A DNA stretch of 64,000 bases, taken from contig CAVXXK010000001.1 in assembly GCA_963765675.1 (NCBI GenBank), forward strand, positions 1,152,001-1,216,000. Reading direction: 5' to 3'. The DNA is from an uncultured delta proteobacterium (GTDB lineage: Bacteria > Desulfobacterota > Binatia > Binatales > Binataceae). Both the position numbers and the translations under genes were made by a program. Shown here in pieces: positions 1 through 9,033 of the stretch (its first letter is position 1; each line of letters starts with the position of its first letter). The notes beneath the pieces were generated by a model. That model was not told where the DNA came from and ran no database searches. It saw nothing but the letters and a program-made list of their open reading frames with translations.

Positions 1-1
1 G

Positions 2-340
2 GCGTTAGAGGAGGCATTCCTTTTCATCGATAGGACCGGCCAACGGTACTACGAGGCGGAGTTGCATCGCCTGAAGGGTGAAATGTTGCTGGGCCACGAC
101 GCCTCGAATGCGGCTGCAGCCGAGCACTCCTTTCACTCGTCGCTCGATGTCTCGCGCAAGCAACGAGCCAAATCGTGGGAGTTGCGCGCAAGCACCAGCC
201 TTGCGCGGCTGCTGCGAGACTTGAATCGCCGCGAAGAGGCGCGCCCGCTGCTCGCCGAAGTCTACGCGTCGTTCACTGAGGGCTTCGACACCGCAGACTT
301 GAGAGATGCCAAGGCGCTCCTTCAGGAACTAAGCGCATAG
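2..340 (+). CDS. C-terminal TPR-like end of a predicted ATPase / adenylate-guanylate cyclase family signalling protein (5'-partial)
   Basis: Frame is open from base 2 (ALEEAFLFIDRTGQRYYEAELHRLKGE...AKSWELRASTSLARL...FTEGFDTADLRDAKALL), the typical C-terminus of this family. Confidence 0.85.
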   Translation, partial: ALEEAFLFIDRTGQRYYEAELHRLKGEMLLGHDASNAAAAEHSFHSSLDVSRKQRAKSWELRASTSLARLLRDLNRREEARPLLAEVYASFTEGFDTADLRDAKALLQELSA

Positions 341-380
341 GTGCGATGCAGGTCGACGCGAGCGCAAGACCGCCCGAACT

Positions 381-1100
381 GTGAAAAAACCAGGATCAAA
401 GTCCAGACGAAGCGTATCTTCCGAAGACGCTCTGGACAGCAGACGCACGGCTTCGCAAGCGGAGCGCATCCTCAATTTCTGGATGACGCCCGGTCATGCC
501 GCCGAAGATACTATCCATCTTTGGTCACGATGGTTCGTGCCCAATCCAGAGTTCGACAGGCTTTGTAAGTCTCTTTTCCTCAACAGTTACCGAGACGCAG
601 CGTTTGGCCGCCTGGACAGCTGGAAAAAAGCCCCCAGAAGCTGTCTCGCGCTGGTATTATTGCTGGATCAATTTCCACGCAACATGTTCCGCGACACCGC
701 CCGAGCGTTTGCGACTGACACTAAAGCACGCGAGGTCAGCCGCCACGCAATTGCATCCGGATTCGATCGCGAATTGCCGCCAGTCATGCGGATGTTTTTG
801 TATCTGCCGTTCGAACACAGTGAAGATTTGCACGATCAAATAGAATCGGTACGCCTCGCCCTCGTTCTTGCAAATGACTTTGGCGAACCCGCGGAAGGTG
901 CCGCAGTTCGGACGTCCGCCGAGTCGCACCTAAAGATGATTCGGCGATTCGGCAGGTTTCCGGGCCGCAACCAGGCGCTCGGCCGACAATCAACAAAAGA
1001 AGAGATCGAATTCCTTAGAGGTCAGCACCACAAAGCTGACGATTCTCGCCGGCTGTTCGCTTCGGAATCCAGTCTCGGCAGACGAAAGGAATCGGACTGA
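381..1100 (+). CDS. DUF924 family protein
   Basis: Motifs LALVLLLDQFPRNMFR, FLYLPFEHSE, IRRFGRFPGRNQALGRQST. Confidence 0.9.
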   Translation: MKKPGSKSRRSVSSEDALDSRRTASQAERILNFWMTPGHAAEDTIHLWSRWFVPNPEFDRLCKSLFLNSYRDAAFGRLDSWKKAPRSCLALVLLLDQFPRNMFRDTARAFATDTKAREVSRHAIASGFDRELPPVMRMFLYLPFEHSEDLHDQIESVRLALVLANDFGEPAEGAAVRTSAESHLKMIRRFGRFPGRNQALGRQSTKEEIEFLRGQHHKADDSRRLFASESSLGRRKESD

Positions 1101-1208
1101 ACGCGATCTCGAAGCGCTCCTCGGATCCGATTGTCAGGAATAAAGAGAAACATTCAGGGCGAATGCCGGGCGAGGATGCTCTCTGCAGCAGTGCTGCTTT
1201 AATCTCCA

Positions 1209-1315
1209 GGCAAATTCGTCGCCAAATCCGCGGACAATTTTTCGATGAAAAGGCGAAGTAGGGGTCAGCGGTTCAAATCCCTTCTGCTCCACCATCCAGT
1301 CTTTCGATTTTAGAA
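1209..1315 (+). repeat. Diverged direct repeat copy 1 with tRNA-3'-end-like motif (GGTTCAAATCC...CTCCACCA)
   Basis: Aligns by eye with 5242-5343 (shared caaat, cgccaa, gacaattt, tcgatgaaaa, ggttcaaatcc, ccagtct). Confidence 0.7.
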
Positions 1316-1645
1316 CAAATCAGAGAATCGCTCGAAATCCGCGCCTGTGCGTGCGGTTTACGATCGGAGGCGGACACGGAGAACGCCTCTTGCCGCACGA
1401 TTCGCGTGGATCGGCCAATTCCTCTCTCGGCGCGATTTGCCTAGGTCCGTCCGCGGCCTCCAGGCTCCTCTGCTATTTTCTTCGCGCGACCGCGCTCAGG
1501 AGTTTGTCACTAGGACGTAAAATTTTCTCTTGACCGGGGCGAAAGCTCCCACCATTATGGCCAAATTCTACCGATTGTATTTCAAGCAACTCCTAGAGAA
1601 GAAGTTCGCCAGTTGGAGAAAATCCGGGTGAAAGGTTTGATAAGA

Positions 1646-3193
1646 ATGAGATTGGGGGCGTTCGCCCTCTTGCTGACCATTGGATGCGCCGCCTGCGGCG
1701 GCTCAAGCTCTTCAGGCGGTTCCTCTGGAGGTGGCGGGACGTCAGCCACTTTCAAGCCAGGGCCCTGTCCCGCTCCCGAAGCAGACGCATTGGCGAAACT
1801 CAACGCGAGTTGCGGAACGCTGACGGCTCCGCAAAATCGCAACAAGCTGAGTGAAGGCAAAGTTCAACTGCCGGTCGCGATCATTCCTTCGCAGAGTCAG
1901 CCGGCGCAGTCGGATCCGATCGTTTACATGGCGGGCGGTCCGGGAGCCAACGCCATCGGGCAGGCGCAAGATCTCGTCAACGTAGGCCTCAACCAGAAGC
2001 GCGACCTCATCATCATGAATCAGCGCGGGGTTGCCTACACCGTGCCCAATTTGGCGTGTCCGGAAATCGATATGGCCTTCGCCACCGCGGTTGGACTGCC
2101 TTACGATTCGCCGGACCACAAGACTCTGCACGTCGCGGCGACCAAGGCATGCCACGATCGGCTCGTAGGTCAGGGAATCGATCTGAGCAACTTCAACACC
2201 GCTGAAAACGAAGCCGACTTCGACGATCTGCGCAAAGCCCTCAAGATCAAGCAGTGGGACGTATACGGATTGTCCTATGGCACCGATCTCGCGCTCAGCC
2301 TGATGCGCGACTATCCGGATGACATCCGCGCTGTGATCATCGATGCGGTCCTGCCTCCCAGCGCGGTGAGTCTGGGATGGACGTGGACCAACGAGAATGA
2401 GGCCATCAACAACATCTTCCGCGCGTGCGCCAATCAGCCAGCCTGCGCCACCAAGTATGGCGATCTGAGCGCGCAATTCACGGCGCAGGTCCAGCAACTC
2501 GAAGCCACTCCGGTGACGTTAACGGTGACGATCCCGGGAACCGAGACGACTACGCCGGTGGTGCTCGACGGCGGCGCGATACTCAATTGGATAGGGTCGC
2601 TTCCAGATCCCGTGGTGCCAATAGCTTCCATTCCGGCGGCGATCGCAGAGTTGGTAGGGGGCCAGCCGACACAAATCGCCGAGGCGCGGGCCGTCGCCGC
2701 GAACCCTGCCGTGATCGGAGCAGTCGGCTACGGGCTTTTTTATGGTGTGATCTGCAGTGAGTGGATTCCATTTGAGCCCACCTCTCAGATTCTGGTGCAG
2801 GGACAACTGGCTTTCCCAGCCTATCCACAGAGCGTCCTGTCCCAGCCGCCGGGGTTGCCGTTTATGACCCAAGATTGCGCGGTGTGGGACGTTCCGTCAG
2901 CGTCTGGATCTGTGCGTCAGGTCACGGTTAGCTCAATACCCACGCTTGTGCTCAACGGAAGCTTCGACGGAAAAAGCGCCCCGCAGTGGGGCATCTATGC
3001 TGCCGGCACTCTCCAGAATTCGACTACGGTTACCGTTCCGAGCTCCGGACATGGAGCGCTGTTCCTGATCCAATTGCCGCCTGATGTACCGGCAAGGGCA
3101 TGCATCGAGGGCGTCGTGGCCTCGTTCCTCTCGAATCCGATCGCCCCGGACACCAGTTGTGTTGCGGGGTTGACTGACGTGCCGTTTAACTGA
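1646..3193 (+). CDS. Lipoprotein alpha/beta hydrolase, tripeptidyl-aminopeptidase (TAP)-like
   Basis: Lipobox AACGG, GGPG, nucleophile GLSYG, FDGKS Asp, SGHG His; ATG at 1646 chosen over TTG at 1613. Confidence 0.88.
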   Translation: MRLGAFALLLTIGCAACGGSSSSGGSSGGGGTSATFKPGPCPAPEADALAKLNASCGTLTAPQNRNKLSEGKVQLPVAIIPSQSQPAQSDPIVYMAGGPGANAIGQAQDLVNVGLNQKRDLIIMNQRGVAYTVPNLACPEIDMAFATAVGLPYDSPDHKTLHVAATKACHDRLVGQGIDLSNFNTAENEADFDDLRKALKIKQWDVYGLSYGTDLALSLMRDYPDDIRAVIIDAVLPPSAVSLGWTWTNENEAINNIFRACANQPACATKYGDLSAQFTAQVQQLEATPVTLTVTIPGTETTTPVVLDGGAILNWIGSLPDPVVPIASIPAAIAELVGGQPTQIAEARAVAANPAVIGAVGYGLFYGVICSEWIPFEPTSQILVQGQLAFPAYPQSVLSQPPGLPFMTQDCAVWDVPSASGSVRQVTVSSIPTLVLNGSFDGKSAPQWGIYAAGTLQNSTTVTVPSSGHGALFLIQLPPDVPARACIEGVVASFLSNPIAPDTSCVAGLTDVPFN

Positions 3194-3334
3194 CCACGCG
3201 GAGCCCGGTAGTAAAAAATTTCCACAGAACGATGAACCCAGAGTTGAGAGTCACCCGCGCACTGATAGAGACAGGGATTTCGGCTGACTGGGGGAAAGGC
3301 GGGCGGTGCTGCGCCCACAAAGTTGGAGACAGGC

Positions 3335-4870
3335 ATGAGTGGCTTCTTGCGATCGATGCAGAGAGTGCGCGTCGCACTATTGACCGCCGTTTTGGTTCTA
3401 TTTGTGGCTGCGTGCGGAGGATCTTCAGGTAGCAACTCGGCGCCGGGAGTCGCCTCGGCCAAATTAGAGTCCGGGCCCTGCCCTTCGCGGGTCGCTTCGT
3501 CTCCAGCTTTCGCCAATGCGCAATGTGGACAGTTGATAGTGCCGGAGAATCGTCACAAGCCGAACGGAAAAACCATTAGCATTTCCGTCGCCATAATTCC
3601 TTCGATAACCCAACCCCCGAAGCATGAACCTCTTTTCTACATAGCAGGCGGTCCCGGCGGCGATGCGATGGGAGACGCAGAGTTTCTGGTTCCAATATTA
3701 AACCAGACCCAGGATCTCATCGTCTCAGCCCAGCGCGGAACCCTGGACGCGACGCCAGCGCTTCTGTGCCCCGAAATCGACGCATTCAACGCCGAGGCGG
3801 TGAGTCTCGTCTACGATGCACCATCGACCGGGACCCTGCACGTCGCGGCAACCAAGGCATGTCACGATCGATTGGTCTCGGAGGGAATTGATCTGAGCGC
3901 CTACAACACGTTTGAGAACATCCAGGACTTCATGGATTTGCGCAGGCTTCTGAAGGTGTCCAAGTGGAGCATCTTTGGAACTTCGTACGGCACTTACGTA
4001 GCGCTCGCCCTGATGCGTATGCATCCGGAGAACCTAGTGACCGTGACCATCGACTCCATCGCGCCCCCCAGCGTGGCGAGCCTCGGATGGACCTGGAGCA
4101 GCGCTGGCGAAGGCTTCAACAATCTGTTTGATGCGTGCGCCGCTCAGCCTTCCTGTGCTACCAAGTACGGAGACGTAAGTAGCAAGTTCACGAGCCAGGT
4201 CCAGCAGCTCGAGGCAAATCCGATAACCATCACGAGCGAGTACACACCAGGTGGTCCGCCGGTTCAGGTCGTACTCGATGGCGGTGCGCTGGTGAACTGG
4301 TTTGTAGCAGGCGGTCGCTCACTTTTCCCGTCGGTACCTTCGGCGATCCAGGAGTTGGTCAACGGTAATCCGGTTCAGATTGCTGCCAACCGCGCCGCCC
4401 TGGCAAACCCGGCGACGGAAAGCACACAGGGGTACGGCTTGACCTATGGGGTGTTTTGCAGCGAATGGATTCCGTTTGAGCCGCAATCAGAAATACTGGC
4501 GAAGGGCCTGATCGCGTTTCCTGACTATCCGGACTCAGTTCTCTCGCAGGCGCCGCAACTTCCGTTCGCGACTGAAGATTGCGCGGTCTGGGACGTCCCC
4601 AAGGCGCGCTCCTCGATCAGAGAGGTCACGACAAGCAGCATCCCGACGCTGGTGATAGCCGGCACTTTCGACGCGAAGACCTCGCCGATGTGGGCGACAT
4701 ACGTAGCTAAAACTCTATCCAACTCGACTACTATCATCATTCCGGGCATAGGCCATCTCGTAACGCCGCAGTCCGACTGCGCGCAGACCGTGTTCAAGTC
4801 TTTTCTCGACAATCCCACCTCCCCAGATACGAGCTGCGTGAATGGGCTAGAACCGCCACCGTTCCAATAG
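3335..4870 (+). CDS. Lipoprotein alpha/beta hydrolase, TAP-like (paralog of 1646-3193)
   Basis: Lipobox AACGG, GGPGG, GTSYG, FDAKT, GIGH; shares blocks such as LHVAATKACHDRLV and CSEWIPFEP with the upstream gene. Confidence 0.88.
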   Translation: MSGFLRSMQRVRVALLTAVLVLFVAACGGSSGSNSAPGVASAKLESGPCPSRVASSPAFANAQCGQLIVPENRHKPNGKTISISVAIIPSITQPPKHEPLFYIAGGPGGDAMGDAEFLVPILNQTQDLIVSAQRGTLDATPALLCPEIDAFNAEAVSLVYDAPSTGTLHVAATKACHDRLVSEGIDLSAYNTFENIQDFMDLRRLLKVSKWSIFGTSYGTYVALALMRMHPENLVTVTIDSIAPPSVASLGWTWSSAGEGFNNLFDACAAQPSCATKYGDVSSKFTSQVQQLEANPITITSEYTPGGPPVQVVLDGGALVNWFVAGGRSLFPSVPSAIQELVNGNPVQIAANRAALANPATESTQGYGLTYGVFCSEWIPFEPQSEILAKGLIAFPDYPDSVLSQAPQLPFATEDCAVWDVPKARSSIREVTTSSIPTLVIAGTFDAKTSPMWATYVAKTLSNSTTIIIPGIGHLVTPQSDCAQTVFKSFLDNPTSPDTSCVNGLEPPPFQ

Positions 4871-4934
4871 TCGCTCGCGAACGCGAACGGCTTCGACTAG
4901 CTGCTGGACGGGGCTTAGGGTGAATCGCGAAGAT

Positions 4935-5130
4935 GCGCCAGCGCAACTCGCCTACGACGAAGCTCTTCGAGACGTAATAGCGATAGCGGCGCCCTCCCTT
5001 TCCTCCTCCTCCATGCACGTGTAGCGGGTCGCCGTTTTCGTCGAATAGTTTGCCCGCGAGCGGACTTCGCAGGGCTTCAATCTTGCGTCCATCACCCTGA
5101 CGTGCCTGTCAGGTGTCCACGTGCGCTCGA
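4935..5130 (-). pseudogene. Internal fragment of a large serine recombinase (recombinase / Zn-ribbon region)
   Basis: Minus strand reads ALRSPLAGKLFDENGDPLHVHGGGGKGGRRYRYYVSKSFV; catalytic N-terminal domain and C-terminus are absent. Confidence 0.75.
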
Positions 5131-5241
5131 ACCGCGCCACGAATCCAGTCTCGACCGCCTGAGTGGCCTGACCGGGTTCGGATCGCGGCTGACGCGAAAG
5201 CGTGGCGAACATTCTCTCTCCGGATATCCGGTTTCTTCTTG

Positions 5242-5343
5242 GCCCAAATACTCCGCCAAGTGCGCAGACAATTTAGTCGATGAAAAACCGAAAGGGTGGT
5301 CGAGGTTCAAATCCAGCTTGGACCAGTCTCTCAATTTTTGCAC
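5242..5343 (+). repeat. Diverged direct repeat copy 2 with tRNA-T-arm-like motif (GGTCGAGGTTCAAATCC...GACCA)
   Basis: See 1209-1315. Confidence 0.7.
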
Positions 5344-5537
5344 GCTTCGACTCAACCGATGCGTGGCCCATCGGAAACCCGATCGGGAATGCGCAGGGTT
5401 GACGGCTGAGCTGGCGCCCTGCCTTCAATAACCAATCGCATCTCGAAGTCGCGAGCTACGCCTATTTCTGCTGGCTGCTATACGAGGCTGTAACTTTATA
5501 TGGCGGAATAAGTAACTGTGCCGTGTAGAGGACGCCC

Positions 5538-5567
5538 TTGACATGATTTCTTATTCTTTGCCATTTT
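5538..5567 (+). promoter_or_regulatory. Possible sigma70 promoter for the S53 protease
   Basis: TTGACA at 5538, 18-nt spacer, TG-C-CATTTT. Confidence 0.35.
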
Positions 5568-5620
5568 GCTTGTCTTGGGTTGGTTCCTGTTGAGTGTAAC
5601 TTAGGGCGCGTGCCGTTAGC

Positions 5621-8062
5621 ATGATTACCCAGAGGACACCGAAGGACCGGAAAGTCGGAAACCGACTCCTGCTGCGCGCCTCAGTTACCGCTGCCACCCG
5701 CTGCATCTTTTTGCCCTGTTCTCAATGGGCTGCCGTTCTTGTATTCATGGCCGGCCTAATTGCCGTTCTCACCAATACAGCAGCCGCGCAAACTATAGCG
5801 ATGCACGGCACGATCCCATTCGAAGCCGCGCGGAATATCGCGATCCGGCGCGCCGACGCGGCGATGCCGCTCGAGCTCGAGATTACGCTTGCGGTTCATA
5901 ACCGCGCAAAGCTCGATCACCTGTTGGCCGAGCAGCAGGATCCCAGGTCGCGCGAATATCATAAGTGGCTCAGCCCAGAGCAATTCCGCAAGCGCTTCGG
6001 TCCTAGCGATGCTGACTCGAAACACCTAAGAGAGTGGCTCGTATCGCGCGGATTTCGGGTCATCGACGATAGCGGCGAAGGATTCATCAGATTCAGCGGG
6101 ACTGTCGCGATGGCCGAGCGCGCCTTTGCCACGCGGATTGCCCTGTTCGAGGACGGCAGCAAATTCGCGAACATCGATGAAGTGCAGCTCCCGTCGCAAT
6201 TCAACGGCCTCGTCGCCGACATCGTCGGACTCAATAATTTGGGGCACCTGCGGCCGACCGTATCGGCTCCGCGAGTTTTGTCAGCACTGACCACATCCGC
6301 GGAATTGCAGAACGTGTTGGGCGGAATCTTTTCCACAACAGTTTCCGAGAGTGCAGACAGCGTACAACCAGAGCATCGTGAATCACCACTGTATGACAGT
6401 ACCAGCTGGGGATTGCACTTTGCGCCGTCGGATTTTTATACCTTCTACGATGAGACACCGCTGCTGAGCGTTGGAATCAACGGCGGTAACAACGATTGCA
6501 TCGCAATCTTCTCAGAATCCGACACATCGTCGGATTTCTATTCCATATTTGACAACGTGTTTGACCTGAGCCCGGCAGGGGTGACTATCGACGACATAGG
6601 GACTCCTCCCGGCCAGGTCCTCGGCGCGGAGAGCGAGTTGCTGCTCGACATCGAATGGTCGCACACAGTTGCACCCGGTGCCCCGATTACGGTCTATGCC
6701 GCCGATCATGGAACCGGCGCGACCGATGCAGTAGCCCTCAGCCAAGCGGTTGGCCGGGCAGTTAGCGACAATCACTGCGGAACCATCAGCATCAGCTATG
6801 ACGACTGCGGCGACCCGGAGTCGTTCTATACAAACACCATGGGCGACATATTTGCCCAAGCCGCGTCGCAGGGGCAGAGCGTGTTCGTTTCGGCTGGTGA
6901 CAACGGCTCGGACGATTGCCAAACTGGTTCACAAAACGTGAACGAACTCTCGACCAGTCCAAACGTCGTGTCGGTCGGCGGGACCCAGTTTCTTCCCAAC
7001 TACTCCAGCCAAGGCAATGACGAAGGTTTTGTAGAAGAACTCACATGGAACGATGGTAACGGCGAGCCGGCGCAGGAAAGCCTCGGCCAGGGTGCAACCG
7101 GCGGCGGAGTCAGCCGGTTCTTCTCGAAGCCGCAATTTCAACAGGGAGTCACGCCTGCCGATGGAATGCGCGATATCCCGGATGTGGCGATGTTGGCCAG
7201 CGATTCGGAGCCCGGAGTCTTTGTCGAAGACGATGTTAGAGGCCAGCCCGGTTTAGAGGTCTTTGGTGGAACCAGCGTTGGAGCGCCGGTATGGGCCGGA
7301 ATCTCGAAGCTGGTGATGCAGAGTAACGGTGGTCACCGTTTGGGCAATTTGAATCCACTCATCTATCAACTGGCTTCCGCGACTAACGGCGTCCAGATAT
7401 TTCGCGACGTGGTCAGCGGGAACAATGCAGTCGATAGCCAAGTGAGTTTCGAGGAGAATGTCGAAGTCCCGGGATTCAGTGCGGGTCCCGGCTACGATCA
7501 GGTGACAGGCTGGGGCACGGTTGACATCGCGAACTTCGTGAAGATTGCTGCCGGCGCGACTCCGACTCCGACTCCTACCGGTTCGCCAACTCCAACCTCG
7601 ACCCCTCATCCGACTCCGACGCCGACTAATACCCCGCAGAGGACTGCGACCAGAACCCCCACACCAACCGCGACCGTCACCGCAACCAATACCCCGATTC
7701 CCACACCCACTCCAACCTTCGTAGTGGAGAAACTCACGCTATCGACCAACTCGCTGTCTTTTGGCAAGACGCCGCTGCTCAGCAGTAAATCGAGGGTTGT
7801 AACTATAAGGAACGTCGGCAATGCGAAGACTGGCAAGACCGTTATCATTGGCACCCCGAGAATTTCGGGTCCGGGAGCCACGGCGTTCTCCGTGACAAGT
7901 GACTGCCAAACGCCGCTGGCGCCAAAAGAAAGCTGCAAGCTTTCAGTCACGTTCAACCCTGGTCAGATTCTTTCGCAGCAACAAGCTACGCTCACCGTTA
8001 TCAGCAATACGGCCGGGCTTCCACGGACTGTAACTCTTCAGGGCTCGGGCCGACGGAAGTGA
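5621..8062 (+). CDS. Secreted S53 (sedolisin/kumamolisin) serine-carboxyl peptidase with pro-domain, PT linker and C-terminal choice-of-anchor-D (ASH/Ig-like) domain
   Basis: Pro-domain YHKWLSPEQFRKRFG; catalytic ELLLD, SAGDNG, GGTSVGAP; Ca site GYDQVTGWG; PT repeats; Ig-like tail. Start may be downstream. Confidence 0.92.
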   Translation: MITQRTPKDRKVGNRLLLRASVTAATRCIFLPCSQWAAVLVFMAGLIAVLTNTAAAQTIAMHGTIPFEAARNIAIRRADAAMPLELEITLAVHNRAKLDHLLAEQQDPRSREYHKWLSPEQFRKRFGPSDADSKHLREWLVSRGFRVIDDSGEGFIRFSGTVAMAERAFATRIALFEDGSKFANIDEVQLPSQFNGLVADIVGLNNLGHLRPTVSAPRVLSALTTSAELQNVLGGIFSTTVSESADSVQPEHRESPLYDSTSWGLHFAPSDFYTFYDETPLLSVGINGGNNDCIAIFSESDTSSDFYSIFDNVFDLSPAGVTIDDIGTPPGQVLGAESELLLDIEWSHTVAPGAPITVYAADHGTGATDAVALSQAVGRAVSDNHCGTISISYDDCGDPESFYTNTMGDIFAQAASQGQSVFVSAGDNGSDDCQTGSQNVNELSTSPNVVSVGGTQFLPNYSSQGNDEGFVEELTWNDGNGEPAQESLGQGATGGGVSRFFSKPQFQQGVTPADGMRDIPDVAMLASDSEPGVFVEDDVRGQPGLEVFGGTSVGAPVWAGISKLVMQSNGGHRLGNLNPLIYQLASATNGVQIFRDVVSGNNAVDSQVSFEENVEVPGFSAGPGYDQVTGWGTVDIANFVKIAAGATPTPTPTGSPTPTSTPHPTPTPTNTPQRTATRTPTPTATVTATNTPIPTPTPTFVVEKLTLSTNSLSFGKTPLLSSKSRVVTIRNVGNAKTGKTVIIGTPRISGPGATAFSVTSDCQTPLAPKESCKLSVTFNPGQILSQQQATLTVISNTAGLPRTVTLQGSGRRK

Positions 8063-8436
8063 TTCGTCTCTTGCCACTCCCGGATCTTTTCTCAAAAGTC
8101 CGATTACTGAATTGGATATGACCTACCTGTATAGCACTCATTTAAACTGTAAATCCGACTTTTAATCAGCAAATCAGCTTATCAAAAATCTACTCTTACC
8201 TACCTGACAGTCCCGAAAGTTTACAATCTGTTGGCTTGGCTTAAGTTGGCTCTTGCGCTACATCGTGCGGCAAAGAGCACGGACTTGACCATACGGTTGC
8301 GGAGTCAAGTAAGCGCGATTCATCGTCACGTTAACTCTGACCAGCGTGCGTGGGAGAAGGAACGTGAAAGTTGCCAGTTCCATAATTCGTGAGTCGGCAT
8401 GCCTCATGAAAATCGCACCGCGCGGAATGGTGAACG

Positions 8437-8667
8437 ATGGCGCGAGTAAGAGCAAGTAAAATCCTCACGGTCCAGGAGGTCAGCAACTATCTGCGTGTGC
8501 ATCCATCCACGATTTACAAATTGCTGAAGCGACATGAGCTACCAGCGTTCAGAATCGGCGGCTCGTGGCGATTCATCGACACAGACATCGACAAATGGCT
8601 GGCGCGTATTGAGACCGGCTTCACCGCCACGCCGGTGCAACCAGATGCGATGAAACCCTTGAAGTAA
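8437..8667 (+). CDS. Small excisionase-like (HTH_17 / BldC-type) DNA-binding protein
   Basis: ILTVQEVSNYLRVHPSTIYKLLKRHELPAFRIGGSWRF. Confidence 0.9.
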   Translation: MARVRASKILTVQEVSNYLRVHPSTIYKLLKRHELPAFRIGGSWRFIDTDIDKWLARIETGFTATPVQPDAMKPLK

Positions 8668-9033
8668 GGTCCCCCACCTGTTCGTACCAATCGCAATATC
8701 CAAAACGCTTTGGCGACTGAGCCGTATCGCTTAGTTGAGAAATCACAGCGGATTGTCCGCTTCTCAATTGGATTATTTCGCTGCTTTCAATTGCTTCCTC
8801 GTGGGAAGCGCAGCACGACAATAGGCGACAAAATTCTGCTGCATTAACCATCGTTTCTACAAACCGTCGAGTTCTCACTCTTGTAGTGCTTTTAAGTGGA
8901 ACAATTATTTTTATTATACAAGCTTGACATAAAGCTGGTCACAACATAGCAAGTACTGTGTTCGAGCTGTTTGAAGGTATCAATTTGTTTAGCCGAGTGT
9001 TGACGAAGAATGCTGCTCAGGATGGGTTCCTGA

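Noticed and set aside
1255-1294. Intact tRNA gene
   Set aside because: Only a T-arm/ACCA-like 3' part with a mismatched stem; no D-arm or anticodon arm
7558-7720. Tandem DNA repeats or CRISPR-like array (also 12220-12450 and 23265-23438)
   Set aside because: These are codon-variable Pro/Thr linkers inside ORFs, with no repeat-spacer structure
8437-8667. Prophage excisionase
   Set aside because: No integrase or phage genes nearby
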